This document shows, in pieces, positions 1-5,914 of a stretch of 8,439 nucleotides of DNA; positions within the stretch are counted from its first letter, which is position 1, and each line of letters begins with the position of its first letter. Source of the stretch: PVC group bacterium. Its GTDB lineage: Bacteria > GCA-001730085 > JADFSZ01. Position numbers and translations under genes: made by a program. The notes below the pieces were generated by a model. It ran no database searches and was not told the DNA's origin. It saw nothing but the letters and a program-made list of their open reading frames with translations. The stretch is from contig JADFSZ010000070.1 in assembly GCA_022560555.1 (NCBI GenBank), positions 1 through 8,439 of the forward strand. The letters run 5' to 3'.

Positions 1-404
1 GCAACACCAAAACGCGGCCCCTTAAACGTGTTCCAAAATTTGTCCGGCGCATCCAAACGTTCAAGTCGAATACCGGATTTAATGCTGATGTTGCCATACA
101 CAACATTCAAAAGCTGCGTGAGTTCACCGGCGATGATTTCAACGGCATAACTGATAACCACCTGATAGGTACCCTCCCGGACAAGTTCGATGCCTTCAAT
201 ACGACCCAAAATGTGCTCGCGAATGTCACCCAAGGTTACCAATTCTGCGGGAAATTCGATCGTTTGTTCCACACAAATATCTTCGGCGCGTTTTTGAATC
301 TCCGCGCTTGAGGCCTCAACATGATACACGGCCGAGATTCGTTGGCCGGATATTGGAAGCGAGACATCATAACGGACACTAGAGAGCTTCGGCTTTTGAT
401 TCAC
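1..404 (-). CDS. RuBisCO-like protein (form IV-like RuBisCO large-subunit homologue), 5' portion only. The gene continues beyond position 1.
   Basis: This ORF is not in the supplied track because it is open at the window edge. The minus-strand frame is open from 467 to position 1. It reads ...VNQKPKLSSVRYDVSLPISGQRISAVYHVEASSAEIQKRAEDICVEQTIEFPAELVTLGDIREHILGRIEGIELVREGTYQVVISYAVEIIAGELTQLLNVVYGNISIKSGIRLERLDAPDKFWNTFKGPRFGV... This matches the RuBisCO large-subunit N-domain layout: a beta-strand (xAxYxV), then the position of the AAESSTGTW motif, then GN(V/I)FG...LRLEDL...F.GP.FGI. The ESSTGTW motif is replaced by VEQTIEF, which is typical of RuBisCO-like proteins rather than carboxylases. 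The only plausible in-frame starts are GTG at 404 (GGAG 10 nt upstream, 26-nt overlap with the upstream gene) or GTG at 329, so the start is uncertain. Confidence 0.75.
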   Translation of the reverse strand, partial: MNQKPKLSSVRYDVSLPISGQRISAVYHVEASSAEIQKRAEDICVEQTIEFPAELVTLGDIREHILGRIEGIELVREGTYQVVISYAVEIIAGELTQLLNVVYGNISIKSGIRLERLDAPDKFWNTFKGPRFGV

Positions 405-1386
405 TATGCACCATCTCCAATCGTACGGACGAAAGATCTTCTTCTTTGATTTTAAACGTTTTCCCCATTAATTGTTCTATCGAGACGACAAGGGCCATTG
501 CATCCAGTCCATATTCACGCATTAAATAATTCCGGCTGGCACCGTGGGCATAGGTATCTTTAAGCCCTAGTTTCACCAATTTTTTATTCATCCCAACCCT
601 CGTCATAACTTCACTAACACATGTGCCGAGCCCGCCGAGGATCGTGTGATTTTCCATGGTGATGACACCGTGGCTTGCTTTTTCAATAGAGGCAAGAATT
701 TGAGGATCAGAAAACGGTTTTAAGGTGCTCACATGCACATGTTCGATCTCGACCCCCCGGCGCGCCAAAACCTCCGTCGCCCTCAGGGCTTCCTCCGTAC
801 AGATACCGCTTGAGAATAAAGTCACATCTTTGCCTTTTTTGATGAGCCGGGCTTTATTAAGAACAAATGGTTCTTTTTTTGGAAAAATTCTCGGGAGATC
901 TCCCCGAAGCATCCGCACGTAAACCGGTCCGTCCACAGCATGGGCCGGAGCGAGAATAGTTTCTACCTCCGTCGCGTCTCCGACTTCAAGAACCGTCATG
1001 TTCGGCAAGGTCCGCATGATTGCGATGTCATCGATCGCTTGATGCGTAGCCCCTCCGGGCGTCATGATGCCCGGCAAAAATCCAAACATACGTACAGGCA
1101 AATTTGGATACGCGATCGACATCGAAACCTGATCCAAAGCTCTTCGATAAATAAACACACCGAATGTATGCACAAAGGGAAATAAGCCTTCCCGGGCCAT
1201 GCCTCCGGCAAAACTCATCATATTCTGCTCCGCCATTCCCATCGATAAAAACCGGTCCGGATAGGTGTCACGGAAAAGATCCACTTCTGTTGAACTCGTC
1301 AGATCCGCCGACAAGACAAAAACCTCGGGTTTGTCTTTGGCCCATTTCACAAGATTTTTTGAATGAATTTTAGAACAAATTTCCAT
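379..1386 (-). CDS. Transketolase-family protein, C-terminal subunit of a split enzyme (pyrimidine-binding plus C-terminal domains)
   Basis: 335-aa ORF with an ATG start. Motifs match split-transketolase C-terminal subunits: DADL-like SADLTSST, FLSMGMAEQNMMSFAGGMA (the AEQNM cofactor-activating Glu), HTFGVFI..RALDQV, GGATHQAIDDIAIMRTLPNMTV, GPVYVRMLRG, HVSTLKPFS and ENHTILGGLG. It starts 15 nt after the stop of the N-terminal subunit gene. Confidence 0.9.
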   Translation of the reverse strand: MEICSKIHSKNLVKWAKDKPEVFVLSADLTSSTEVDLFRDTYPDRFLSMGMAEQNMMSFAGGMAREGLFPFVHTFGVFIYRRALDQVSMSIAYPNLPVRMFGFLPGIMTPGGATHQAIDDIAIMRTLPNMTVLEVGDATEVETILAPAHAVDGPVYVRMLRGDLPRIFPKKEPFVLNKARLIKKGKDVTLFSSGICTEEALRATEVLARRGVEIEHVHVSTLKPFSDPQILASIEKASHGVITMENHTILGGLGTCVSEVMTRVGMNKKLVKLGLKDTYAHGASRNYLMREYGLDAMALVVSIEQLMGKTFKIKEEDLSSVRLEMVHSESKAEAL

Positions 1387-1401
1387 TTTTTTAGTTCGGG
1401 T

Positions 1402-2343
1402 TTAGGTGTCTGTAGAATTTTGCATTTGATTTAGATAGTTTTTGTATTCTTTCTGTTCATTCTCATCTTTAAATCTTACATAATGCAGTTTCGGGCGGCG
1501 TTTTTCCAAGAGCGAGATCCCCTGACAAGGATTCGTAATGGCCAGCACGACTTGAGGCCGGCCATCCGGTTTTTCGTCTTTTAAGCAAGACAAAGCATCC
1601 ACATCGTGTCCGTTGACACGATGCACACGGGCTCCAAAAAATTTAATCCGGTGTTCGAGCGGCTCCACATTCATCACATCCACCATGGCTCCATCGCATT
1701 GCTGAGAATTCACATCGACATAAATCCCGATATTATCCAGTTTATGAAAGGAGAGCGCCTGTAAAGCTTCCCACGTTTGTCCGGATTGAAATTCGCCATC
1801 GGACATAAACACCCAAACACGTCCTTTTTCTTTTTTTCGTTTGCGGGCATACGCGATACCGCCGGCCTGACTCAGAGCTTGTCCGAGAGAGCCGGCCGTC
1901 ACTTCGTGTCCCGGGGAATGCTCGGCTCCGATCATCTCAACAGTACTTCCATCCTGATTGAATAGCTCCAAGCCTTCTTCGGCCATGCGTCCGACCTCGA
2001 CCAAGAGCGCGTAAAGCACCAATGCGTAGTGAACCGGGCTCATGATAAAACGGTCGTATTCAGGATTTTTCGGCCCATTGTAAAGAGCGCCCGTCTGATA
2101 CTGAGGCATCCCTTGTCTTGGAACTCCCGCGAACGGAACAGGAACCATCGCCCCTTCGCTCGGCCCCAGACACATCACGTGTTCATATAAGACAGACAAA
2201 ATTTCGGCCGCTGAACAAGCCTGGCTCAAATAACCGCCGTTGTTTTTCACAGTATGATCAAGAACACGTAAGCGCACACCACGAGCCGTGTTTTTTGCTT
2301 GCTCTTGCCAAGTGTTTTTCGTTCCTTGTTTACGATTACCCAT
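1402..2343 (-). CDS. Transketolase-family protein, N-terminal TPP-binding subunit of a split enzyme (divergent)
   Basis: 313-aa ORF. Recognisable motifs are AAEILSVLY, DRFIMSPVHYA (SxGH-like), SPGHEVTAGSLGQA, the TPP-binding fold SDGEFQSGQTWEAL...KLDNIGIYVDVNSQQCDG (GDG-X-N motif with Ser in place of the first Gly) and VNGHDVDAL. It sits immediately upstream of the C-terminal subunit gene. Confidence 0.87.
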   Translation of the reverse strand: MGNRKQGTKNTWQEQAKNTARGVRLRVLDHTVKNNGGYLSQACSAAEILSVLYEHVMCLGPSEGAMVPVPFAGVPRQGMPQYQTGALYNGPKNPEYDRFIMSPVHYALVLYALLVEVGRMAEEGLELFNQDGSTVEMIGAEHSPGHEVTAGSLGQALSQAGGIAYARKRKKEKGRVWVFMSDGEFQSGQTWEALQALSFHKLDNIGIYVDVNSQQCDGAMVDVMNVEPLEHRIKFFGARVHRVNGHDVDALSCLKDEKPDGRPQVVLAITNPCQGISLLEKRRPKLHYVRFKDENEQKEYKNYLNQMQNSTDT

Positions 2344-2362
2344 TTACGATTACCCATTTACG
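2329..2362. repeat. Perfect 14-nt tandem duplication (about 2.4 copies) spanning the start codon of the transketolase N-subunit gene
   Basis: On the plus strand, tttacgattaccca occurs at 2329-2342 and again at 2343-2356, and tttacg recurs at 2357-2362 and 2365-2370. On the coding (minus) strand this reads AAATGGGTAATCGT AAATGGGTAATCGT AAAC. That gives two ATGs 14 nt apart (2357 and 2343), each followed by GGT AAT CGT AA. Confidence 0.9.
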
Positions 2363-2365
2363 GAT

Positions 2366-2995
2366 TTACGGTTGAAACAAAGAATCAGGGAAAATTTGAA
2401 CTTTCTCCACGCTGGAAAACTGCATAGCTGTTTTGACAATCTGTGCTTTTAAGATCTGGACCTGTTGAGAGCCTCCGACAGTAAAATGATACAAATCCAC
2501 AAATTGAAGCTTCAGAATCCCCTGATCCAGATCCACGGATTGCAGGCGAAATCCGGCAGCCGGCAATTCCGTGAAAAACCCTTCTTCTTTTTCTTTGGCC
2601 GTCAGGCCCCCTTGAAGCAAAAGACGAATGGTATCTTGGATGGGGGTCCGGGTTCTCAGAATACGCCGGTTGACATAGGAAAGAAACATTTCGGGGGTTT
2701 CCGTAGGCCCCGGAATTTGTTTATCCTTTTTCCAATTATAGTAATAGAGACGGATAGAAATTTTTGCTTTTACGCGCGCGGACTTTTCGGTGCTTTCAGC
2801 TCCTTGTTGATGGGATGGTCCGGATTTAGGCGTGAGGGAAAAGTCGAAGTTTTGAGATATATAAAAGTAGGCTCCGACCCCGGCCAAAATCCCGCCGGAA
2901 ATAAGAAGGGTAAAAAGCCATGACGAAGGCAGTGATCTTTTTCTTCGTTTTTTGGAGGAACTTTTTTTCTTTGTTTTACGTCGTTTTCTTGCCAT
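2366..2995 (-). CDS. Membrane-anchored GerMN-domain (sporulation/germination-like) protein with a polybasic N-terminus
   Basis: 209-aa ORF with an ATG start. 14 of the first 20 residues are Lys or Arg (MARKRRKTKKKSSSKKRRKR). One hydrophobic span follows (WLFTLLISGGILAGVGAYFYI). The C-terminal ~125 aa follow the GerMN pattern: IRLYY...V.R.I.RT.TPIQDTIRLLLQG.LT..EKEEGF.TELP.G..L.SV.L..G.L.L.F......GGS.....L.AQIV.T..QF..V..V.I. Confidence 0.65.
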   Translation of the reverse strand: MARKRRKTKKKSSSKKRRKRSLPSSWLFTLLISGGILAGVGAYFYISQNFDFSLTPKSGPSHQQGAESTEKSARVKAKISIRLYYYNWKKDKQIPGPTETPEMFLSYVNRRILRTRTPIQDTIRLLLQGGLTAKEKEEGFFTELPAAGFRLQSVDLDQGILKLQFVDLYHFTVGGSQQVQILKAQIVKTAMQFSSVEKVQIFPDSLFQP

Positions 2996-3030
2996 AAAAC
3001 TTTTCTATCCTATTTAGCCTATCCACCCTA

Positions 3031-3058
3031 TTTATCTTATTTCTCTTACGACAGTCAA
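3031..3058 (-). promoter_or_regulatory. Candidate sigma70-type promoter for the GerMN/transketolase/RuBisCO-like operon
   Basis: Minus strand reads TTGACT (3058-3053), a 16-nt spacer, then GATAAA(T) (3036-3031). This is about 35 nt upstream of the ATG at 2995. By-eye motif match only. Confidence 0.25.
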
Positions 3059-3113
3059 ATCCCTTTCATTGTACCTAATCATGCGTTCTATGAAAACAAT
3101 TTTTCAAACGTAT

Positions 3114-3142
3114 TTGAAATAAAGAGTCGTTTCAGGTAAACT
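3114..3142 (+). promoter_or_regulatory. Candidate sigma70-type promoter for yjbQ
   Basis: TTGAAA (3114-3119), a 17-nt spacer, then TAAACT (3137-3142). The predicted transcription start is near 3149-3150. That would exclude the ATG at 3146 and favour the ATG at 3179. Confidence 0.35.
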
Positions 3143-3178
3143 CTTATGCTGTTGATAAATCTAAACTTTGGAGTCTTT

Positions 3179-3604
3179 ATGAATGTTTTTCAAAAAACGA
3201 TTACGCTTAAGCCCTATCCCAGAGGGTGTCATCTGATCACAAAAGACATTGAGGGCGCCTTGAAAGGTCTTGCCATCCGTGTCGGTCTGTGTCATGTTTT
3301 TCTCAAACACACCTCCGCCGGACTCACCATTAATGAAAACGCGGACCCATCGGTTAGAGTCGATCTGGAGGAATACCTCGATCGTGCGGCTCCGGAAAAT
3401 GCCCCGTACTTCACACATGACTATGAAGGACCCGATGATATGCCCGCTCATATTAAATCGTCATTGTTCGGATGTTCTGTGACCGTCCCCCTTCGAGGGG
3501 GCCAGCTTGATCTGGGAACGTGGCAAGGTATTTATCTGGGTGAATATCGAAATTCCGGCGCCCCACGCGTGCTCACCATTACGTGCCTGGGAGATGAAAA
3601 GTAG
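3179..3604 (+). CDS. yjbQ: YjbQ/UPF0047 family protein (secondary thiamine-phosphate synthase family)
   Basis: Family-typical sequence: TITLKPYPRGCHLITKDI......GLCHVFLKHTSAGLTINENADPSVRVDLEEYLDR..PE.....H..EGPDDMPAHIKSSLFG.S...P...G.L.LGTWQGIYL.E.R. The ORF track starts at 3146, but the ATG at 3179 has GGAG 5 nt upstream and gives the usual family N-terminus (MNVFQKTITL). Confidence 0.9.
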   Translation: MNVFQKTITLKPYPRGCHLITKDIEGALKGLAIRVGLCHVFLKHTSAGLTINENADPSVRVDLEEYLDRAAPENAPYFTHDYEGPDDMPAHIKSSLFGCSVTVPLRGGQLDLGTWQGIYLGEYRNSGAPRVLTITCLGDEK

Positions 3605-3614
3605 GGTTTATCTT

Positions 3615-4937
3615 CTAGAGATCTTTTAAGAGAATGTTGTCTTTTGACGACTGCAGCGTGGCATGAAAACCCTCAAGAGAAGCTTTGAGCCTCTCTAACT
3701 CATTGGAGGCCAAAACGGGAACCGAGGAGGTCCCTCTCCTCTCTAAATCCGTCAAAACTTTTTGAATCGACATATCATGAATATCGCGTCCCGGCTGGTA
3801 GACAGGAGCCCGGCTGCCATTTTGAGCCTCGGTCAAAATACCCGCTCCGACAAGTTCAAACAAAATTTGGCGTACCAAACGTATGGGAATTTCTAATTCA
3901 TGTGAAATTTGGTTGGCCGTTATTGATGCTTTCGCGAGATGAAAATTTTTGACAAGCAAAGATGTGATTCTGAGGGTCAATAATTTTTTGTAAGAGTTGC
4001 TCACGCTGAGACAGTCCGGTTCAAATTCGTATGTATCCACATTCTGTGAGGCAAAGGAAAGCTCGGCGCCAAGCAACACGATAAGCCAACTCAACTGGAC
4101 CCAGATGAGAAAAAGCGGAAGCGCGGCAAAGCTTCCATAGATGGCCCCCATTTTCGCGACTCCGATCTGAAATTTGATATATCCCATTTGCAAAGCAAAG
4201 TACATTGTTCCTGCGACAATCCCGGCAATAAGCCCGGAAGAAAATTTGACTTTTGTGTTAGGAAGAAAAATATAAAGAAATGTGAACAAGAACCAAATGG
4301 TTCCAAGAGGAATGAGCTTGAGAGCGGGAAGCACGATTGGATTCAATGTCCCTAAGAAATTGTTGCTGATAATGATTTGCTTGATCTGACTTGCGACAAT
4401 AACGGAGAGACTGCTCGCCATGATGAATAGGACAGGGCAGATCAGCATGATGGACAGGTAGTCTGCCACCTTGCGGGCAAATGTCCGTCCTTTTTTCACG
4501 CCCCAAATATCGTTAAAGGAATGCTCAATATTGCCTAATACTTTCATCACAACCCAAAAAAGAATGATGATGCCGATGCCGGAGATGAGACCCCCTTTCG
4601 CGTTATCCAAAAGAGAACGCGCAAACTCAATCACTCGGCCGACCACTTCCTCCTGGCCCTGAAAATTTTCTATCATCCATGTTTCTAAGAGACGTTCAAA
4701 CCCAAACCCCTTCGCGATACCAAACGCCATGGCAAACACAGGGACAACGGACATTAAAGAATAAAACGTCAGGGCTGACGCTCTTAATTGACACTTGTCC
4801 TCCTTGAACCCACGAAACGCGATCACGATTGTGCGCAGCAACCTCACGATCATGGACCGCCCACGGGACAGTTTTCTAATCTGCACACGCCAGATATCCT
4901 GTTTAAAATAACGCGCTATGGGCTGAATAAACGCCAC
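3615..4937 (-). CDS. yihY: YihY/BrkB-family polytopic inner-membrane protein with a C-terminal winged-helix-like cytoplasmic domain
   Basis: 440-aa ORF. Hallmarks of the YihY family are present (ASALTFYSLMSVVPVFAMAFG, multiple hydrophobic spans, GAIYGSFAALPLFLIWVQLSWLIVLLGAELSFA). The last ~125 aa are soluble and HTH-like (ITANQISHELEIPIRLVRQILFELVGAGILTE). The start codon is GTG (4937-4935) and shares base 4937 with the TAG stop of the upstream gene. Confidence 0.85.
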   Translation of the reverse strand: MAFIQPIARYFKQDIWRVQIRKLSRGRSMIVRLLRTIVIAFRGFKEDKCQLRASALTFYSLMSVVPVFAMAFGIAKGFGFERLLETWMIENFQGQEEVVGRVIEFARSLLDNAKGGLISGIGIIILFWVVMKVLGNIEHSFNDIWGVKKGRTFARKVADYLSIMLICPVLFIMASSLSVIVASQIKQIIISNNFLGTLNPIVLPALKLIPLGTIWFLFTFLYIFLPNTKVKFSSGLIAGIVAGTMYFALQMGYIKFQIGVAKMGAIYGSFAALPLFLIWVQLSWLIVLLGAELSFASQNVDTYEFEPDCLSVSNSYKKLLTLRITSLLVKNFHLAKASITANQISHELEIPIRLVRQILFELVGAGILTEAQNGSRAPVYQPGRDIHDMSIQKVLTDLERRGTSSVPVLASNELERLKASLEGFHATLQSSKDNILLKDL

Positions 4938-5788
4938 TATTTATCTCCAAAGAGTTTGAATTTTTCTCCCAAATTTTTAGCCATATCTTCTAATTGCTTG
5001 GTCGCCTTTGTGACAGTTTCTTCGATTTTAGCCGTATCAACATCCTTTAGCATCTCTGTAACATCCCCGAGGGCTTCACCCGTCAAATCGCTGACCCCGG
5101 CCAAAAGATCCGACACCTGGCCTCTTATTTCGTCCACGGCTAACCCCGCAATGTTCATGAGACCGGCGCTCATCAATGTTTTCAAGACAATAAGATTCAC
5201 CAATTTTTCCACATCAGTGATATTTTCGTAGCGTTCATCAAGATTAATATCAATATTCCTAACTTTGACGGCGCCTCTCGAATAGTCTTTGTAGACGACC
5301 CGGTCCACCCTTAACAGAAGCTCATCGATACGCACAGGGGGGATTTCTGAGGCTGTTTTTTTCTCTGAAAATGCTTTTTCCTCTTTCGACGCGGATGATT
5401 TTTTGCCCCCTTCCGCAATTGATTTCAGTTCATTGAGATTAACGTCCCCGTTTTTATTTTTCACAATAGTAAGCTCTTTGAGATGAATCCGAATCTGCTC
5501 TAAGTGAATATCCTTTTTCAAAATCGCGCCTAAATCATAATCCACATAAATGTCCGGAAAATCTACCATAATGGGATCCGGGTAGCCATCAGGATTGTGC
5601 AGCTTTAGGCCAGTGATACCCACATAGGTTTTGAGAAAGCCGACATCCATCGATCCGATTTCTAAATCAAGGCCTGTCGCAAGACGAACCCCTTTTTCAA
5701 CACTTGTTTTCACAATCATGTTTTTGGTCAAACCTAAAACCACAAGCGCGACGACAACGATACCAACAATAATGCCTGCTTTTTTCAT
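4937..5788 (-). CDS. Small signal-anchored AsmA-like protein (AsmA N-terminal-type region plus an acidic helical C-terminus)
   Basis: I prefer the start at ATG 5788 (MKKAGIIVGIVVVALVVLGL...) because GGAGG lies 7 nt upstream. The track start at 5833 would translate through that Shine-Dalgarno sequence. After the anchor the sequence follows the AsmA/TamB-type N-terminal pattern: VE.GV..ATG..L.IG...V......V.I.GL.L.NP.G......V.F..I.V......L.K..I.L..I.I.L.EL.IV.N..G..NL. The call rests on pattern only. Confidence 0.6.
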   Translation of the reverse strand: MKKAGIIVGIVVVALVVLGLTKNMIVKTSVEKGVRLATGLDLEIGSMDVGFLKTYVGITGLKLHNPDGYPDPIMVDFPDIYVDYDLGAILKKDIHLEQIRIHLKELTIVKNKNGDVNLNELKSIAEGGKKSSASKEEKAFSEKKTASEIPPVRIDELLLRVDRVVYKDYSRGAVKVRNIDINLDERYENITDVEKLVNLIVLKTLMSAGLMNIAGLAVDEIRGQVSDLLAGVSDLTGEALGDVTEMLKDVDTAKIEETVTKATKQLEDMAKNLGEKFKLFGDK

Positions 5789-5847
5789 TGTGATGCCTCC
5801 TGTATGAGATGTAGATTTTTGCTGTAAGGTCAATTGGGGAAACGGAT

Positions 5848-5856
5848 ATCATAGCA
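5848..5856 (-). promoter_or_regulatory. Candidate extended -10 element upstream of the AsmA-like/yihY pair
   Basis: Minus strand reads TGcTATGAT (5856-5848), about 60 nt upstream of ATG 5788, inside a 126-nt intergenic gap. No convincing -35 element. Confidence 0.3.
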
Positions 5857-5914
5857 TACATCCACATTCACCAAAAGATTCTCACGCCCGGAAGGGTTTT
5901 AAAGGGACAGATCC

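Noticed and set aside
1-404. Bona fide CO2-fixing RuBisCO (form I-III) large subunit
   Set aside because: The N-domain motif that should read (A)AESSTGTW reads CVEQTIEFP, so the Thr/Trp positions are lost, as in form IV RuBisCO-like proteins. Only ~134 residues are visible, so this is a provisional rejection.
725-1373. Plus-strand ORFs 725..922, 940..1185 and 1164..1373
   Set aside because: They lie antisense inside the strongly recognisable transketolase C-subunit gene. They have low-complexity, Arg/Ser-rich translations and no family resemblance.
379-2343. Alternative readings of the TK pair as DXP synthase or a 2-oxoacid dehydrogenase E1 alpha/beta pair
   Set aside because: DXS is normally a single ~620-aa polypeptide. 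The subunit sizes (313 and 335 aa), the order (TPP-binding half first) and motifs such as SPVH, GSLGQ, AEQNM, GGATHQ and GPVYVR fit split transketolases best. The alternatives cannot be formally excluded without profile searches.
1777-2375. Plus-strand ORFs 1777..1965 and 2118..2375
   Set aside because: They lie antisense inside the transketolase N-subunit gene and have no recognisable motifs.
2465-2923. Plus-strand 152-aa ORF
   Set aside because: It lies antisense to the GerMN-domain gene. The minus-strand product has a coherent signal-anchor plus domain architecture, and the plus-strand translation does not.
3146-3178. Upstream ATG at 3146 as the yjbQ start (as in the ORF track)
   Set aside because: It adds an atypical MLLINLNFGVF leader, has no ribosome-binding site, and lies inside or just after the predicted -10 element. 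ATG 3179 has GGAG 5 nt upstream.
3161-3482. ORFs 3161..3451 (-) and 3270..3482 (+)
   Set aside because: They overlap the clearly recognisable yjbQ frame, one antisense and one in an alternative frame, and show no family resemblance.
3597-3627. Possible bidirectional terminator between the convergent yjbQ and yihY ends (only 10 nt apart)
   Set aside because: Only weak AT-rich pairing is present (AAAAG/CTTTT and ATCT/AGAT). There is no GC-rich stem with a U-tract, so it is not supportable as an intrinsic terminator.
4091-5231. ORFs 4091..4306 (-), 4258..4506 (-), 4471..4662 (+) and 4788..5231 (+)
   Set aside because: They are alternative-frame or antisense ORFs nested in the yihY and AsmA-like genes. 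The 147-aa plus-strand ORF straddles the junction of two well-supported minus-strand genes.
5789-5833. Upstream ATG at 5833 as the start of the AsmA-like gene
   Set aside because: It would translate through the GGAGG Shine-Dalgarno sequence and place 15 polar residues before a classic MKK-plus-hydrophobic signal anchor. ATG 5788 is preferred.
5887-5900. Small hairpin CCC-GGAA-GGG followed by TTTT
   Set aside because: It is only a 3-bp stem, and its T-tract is on the plus strand, where no gene ends. It is too weak to call a terminator.
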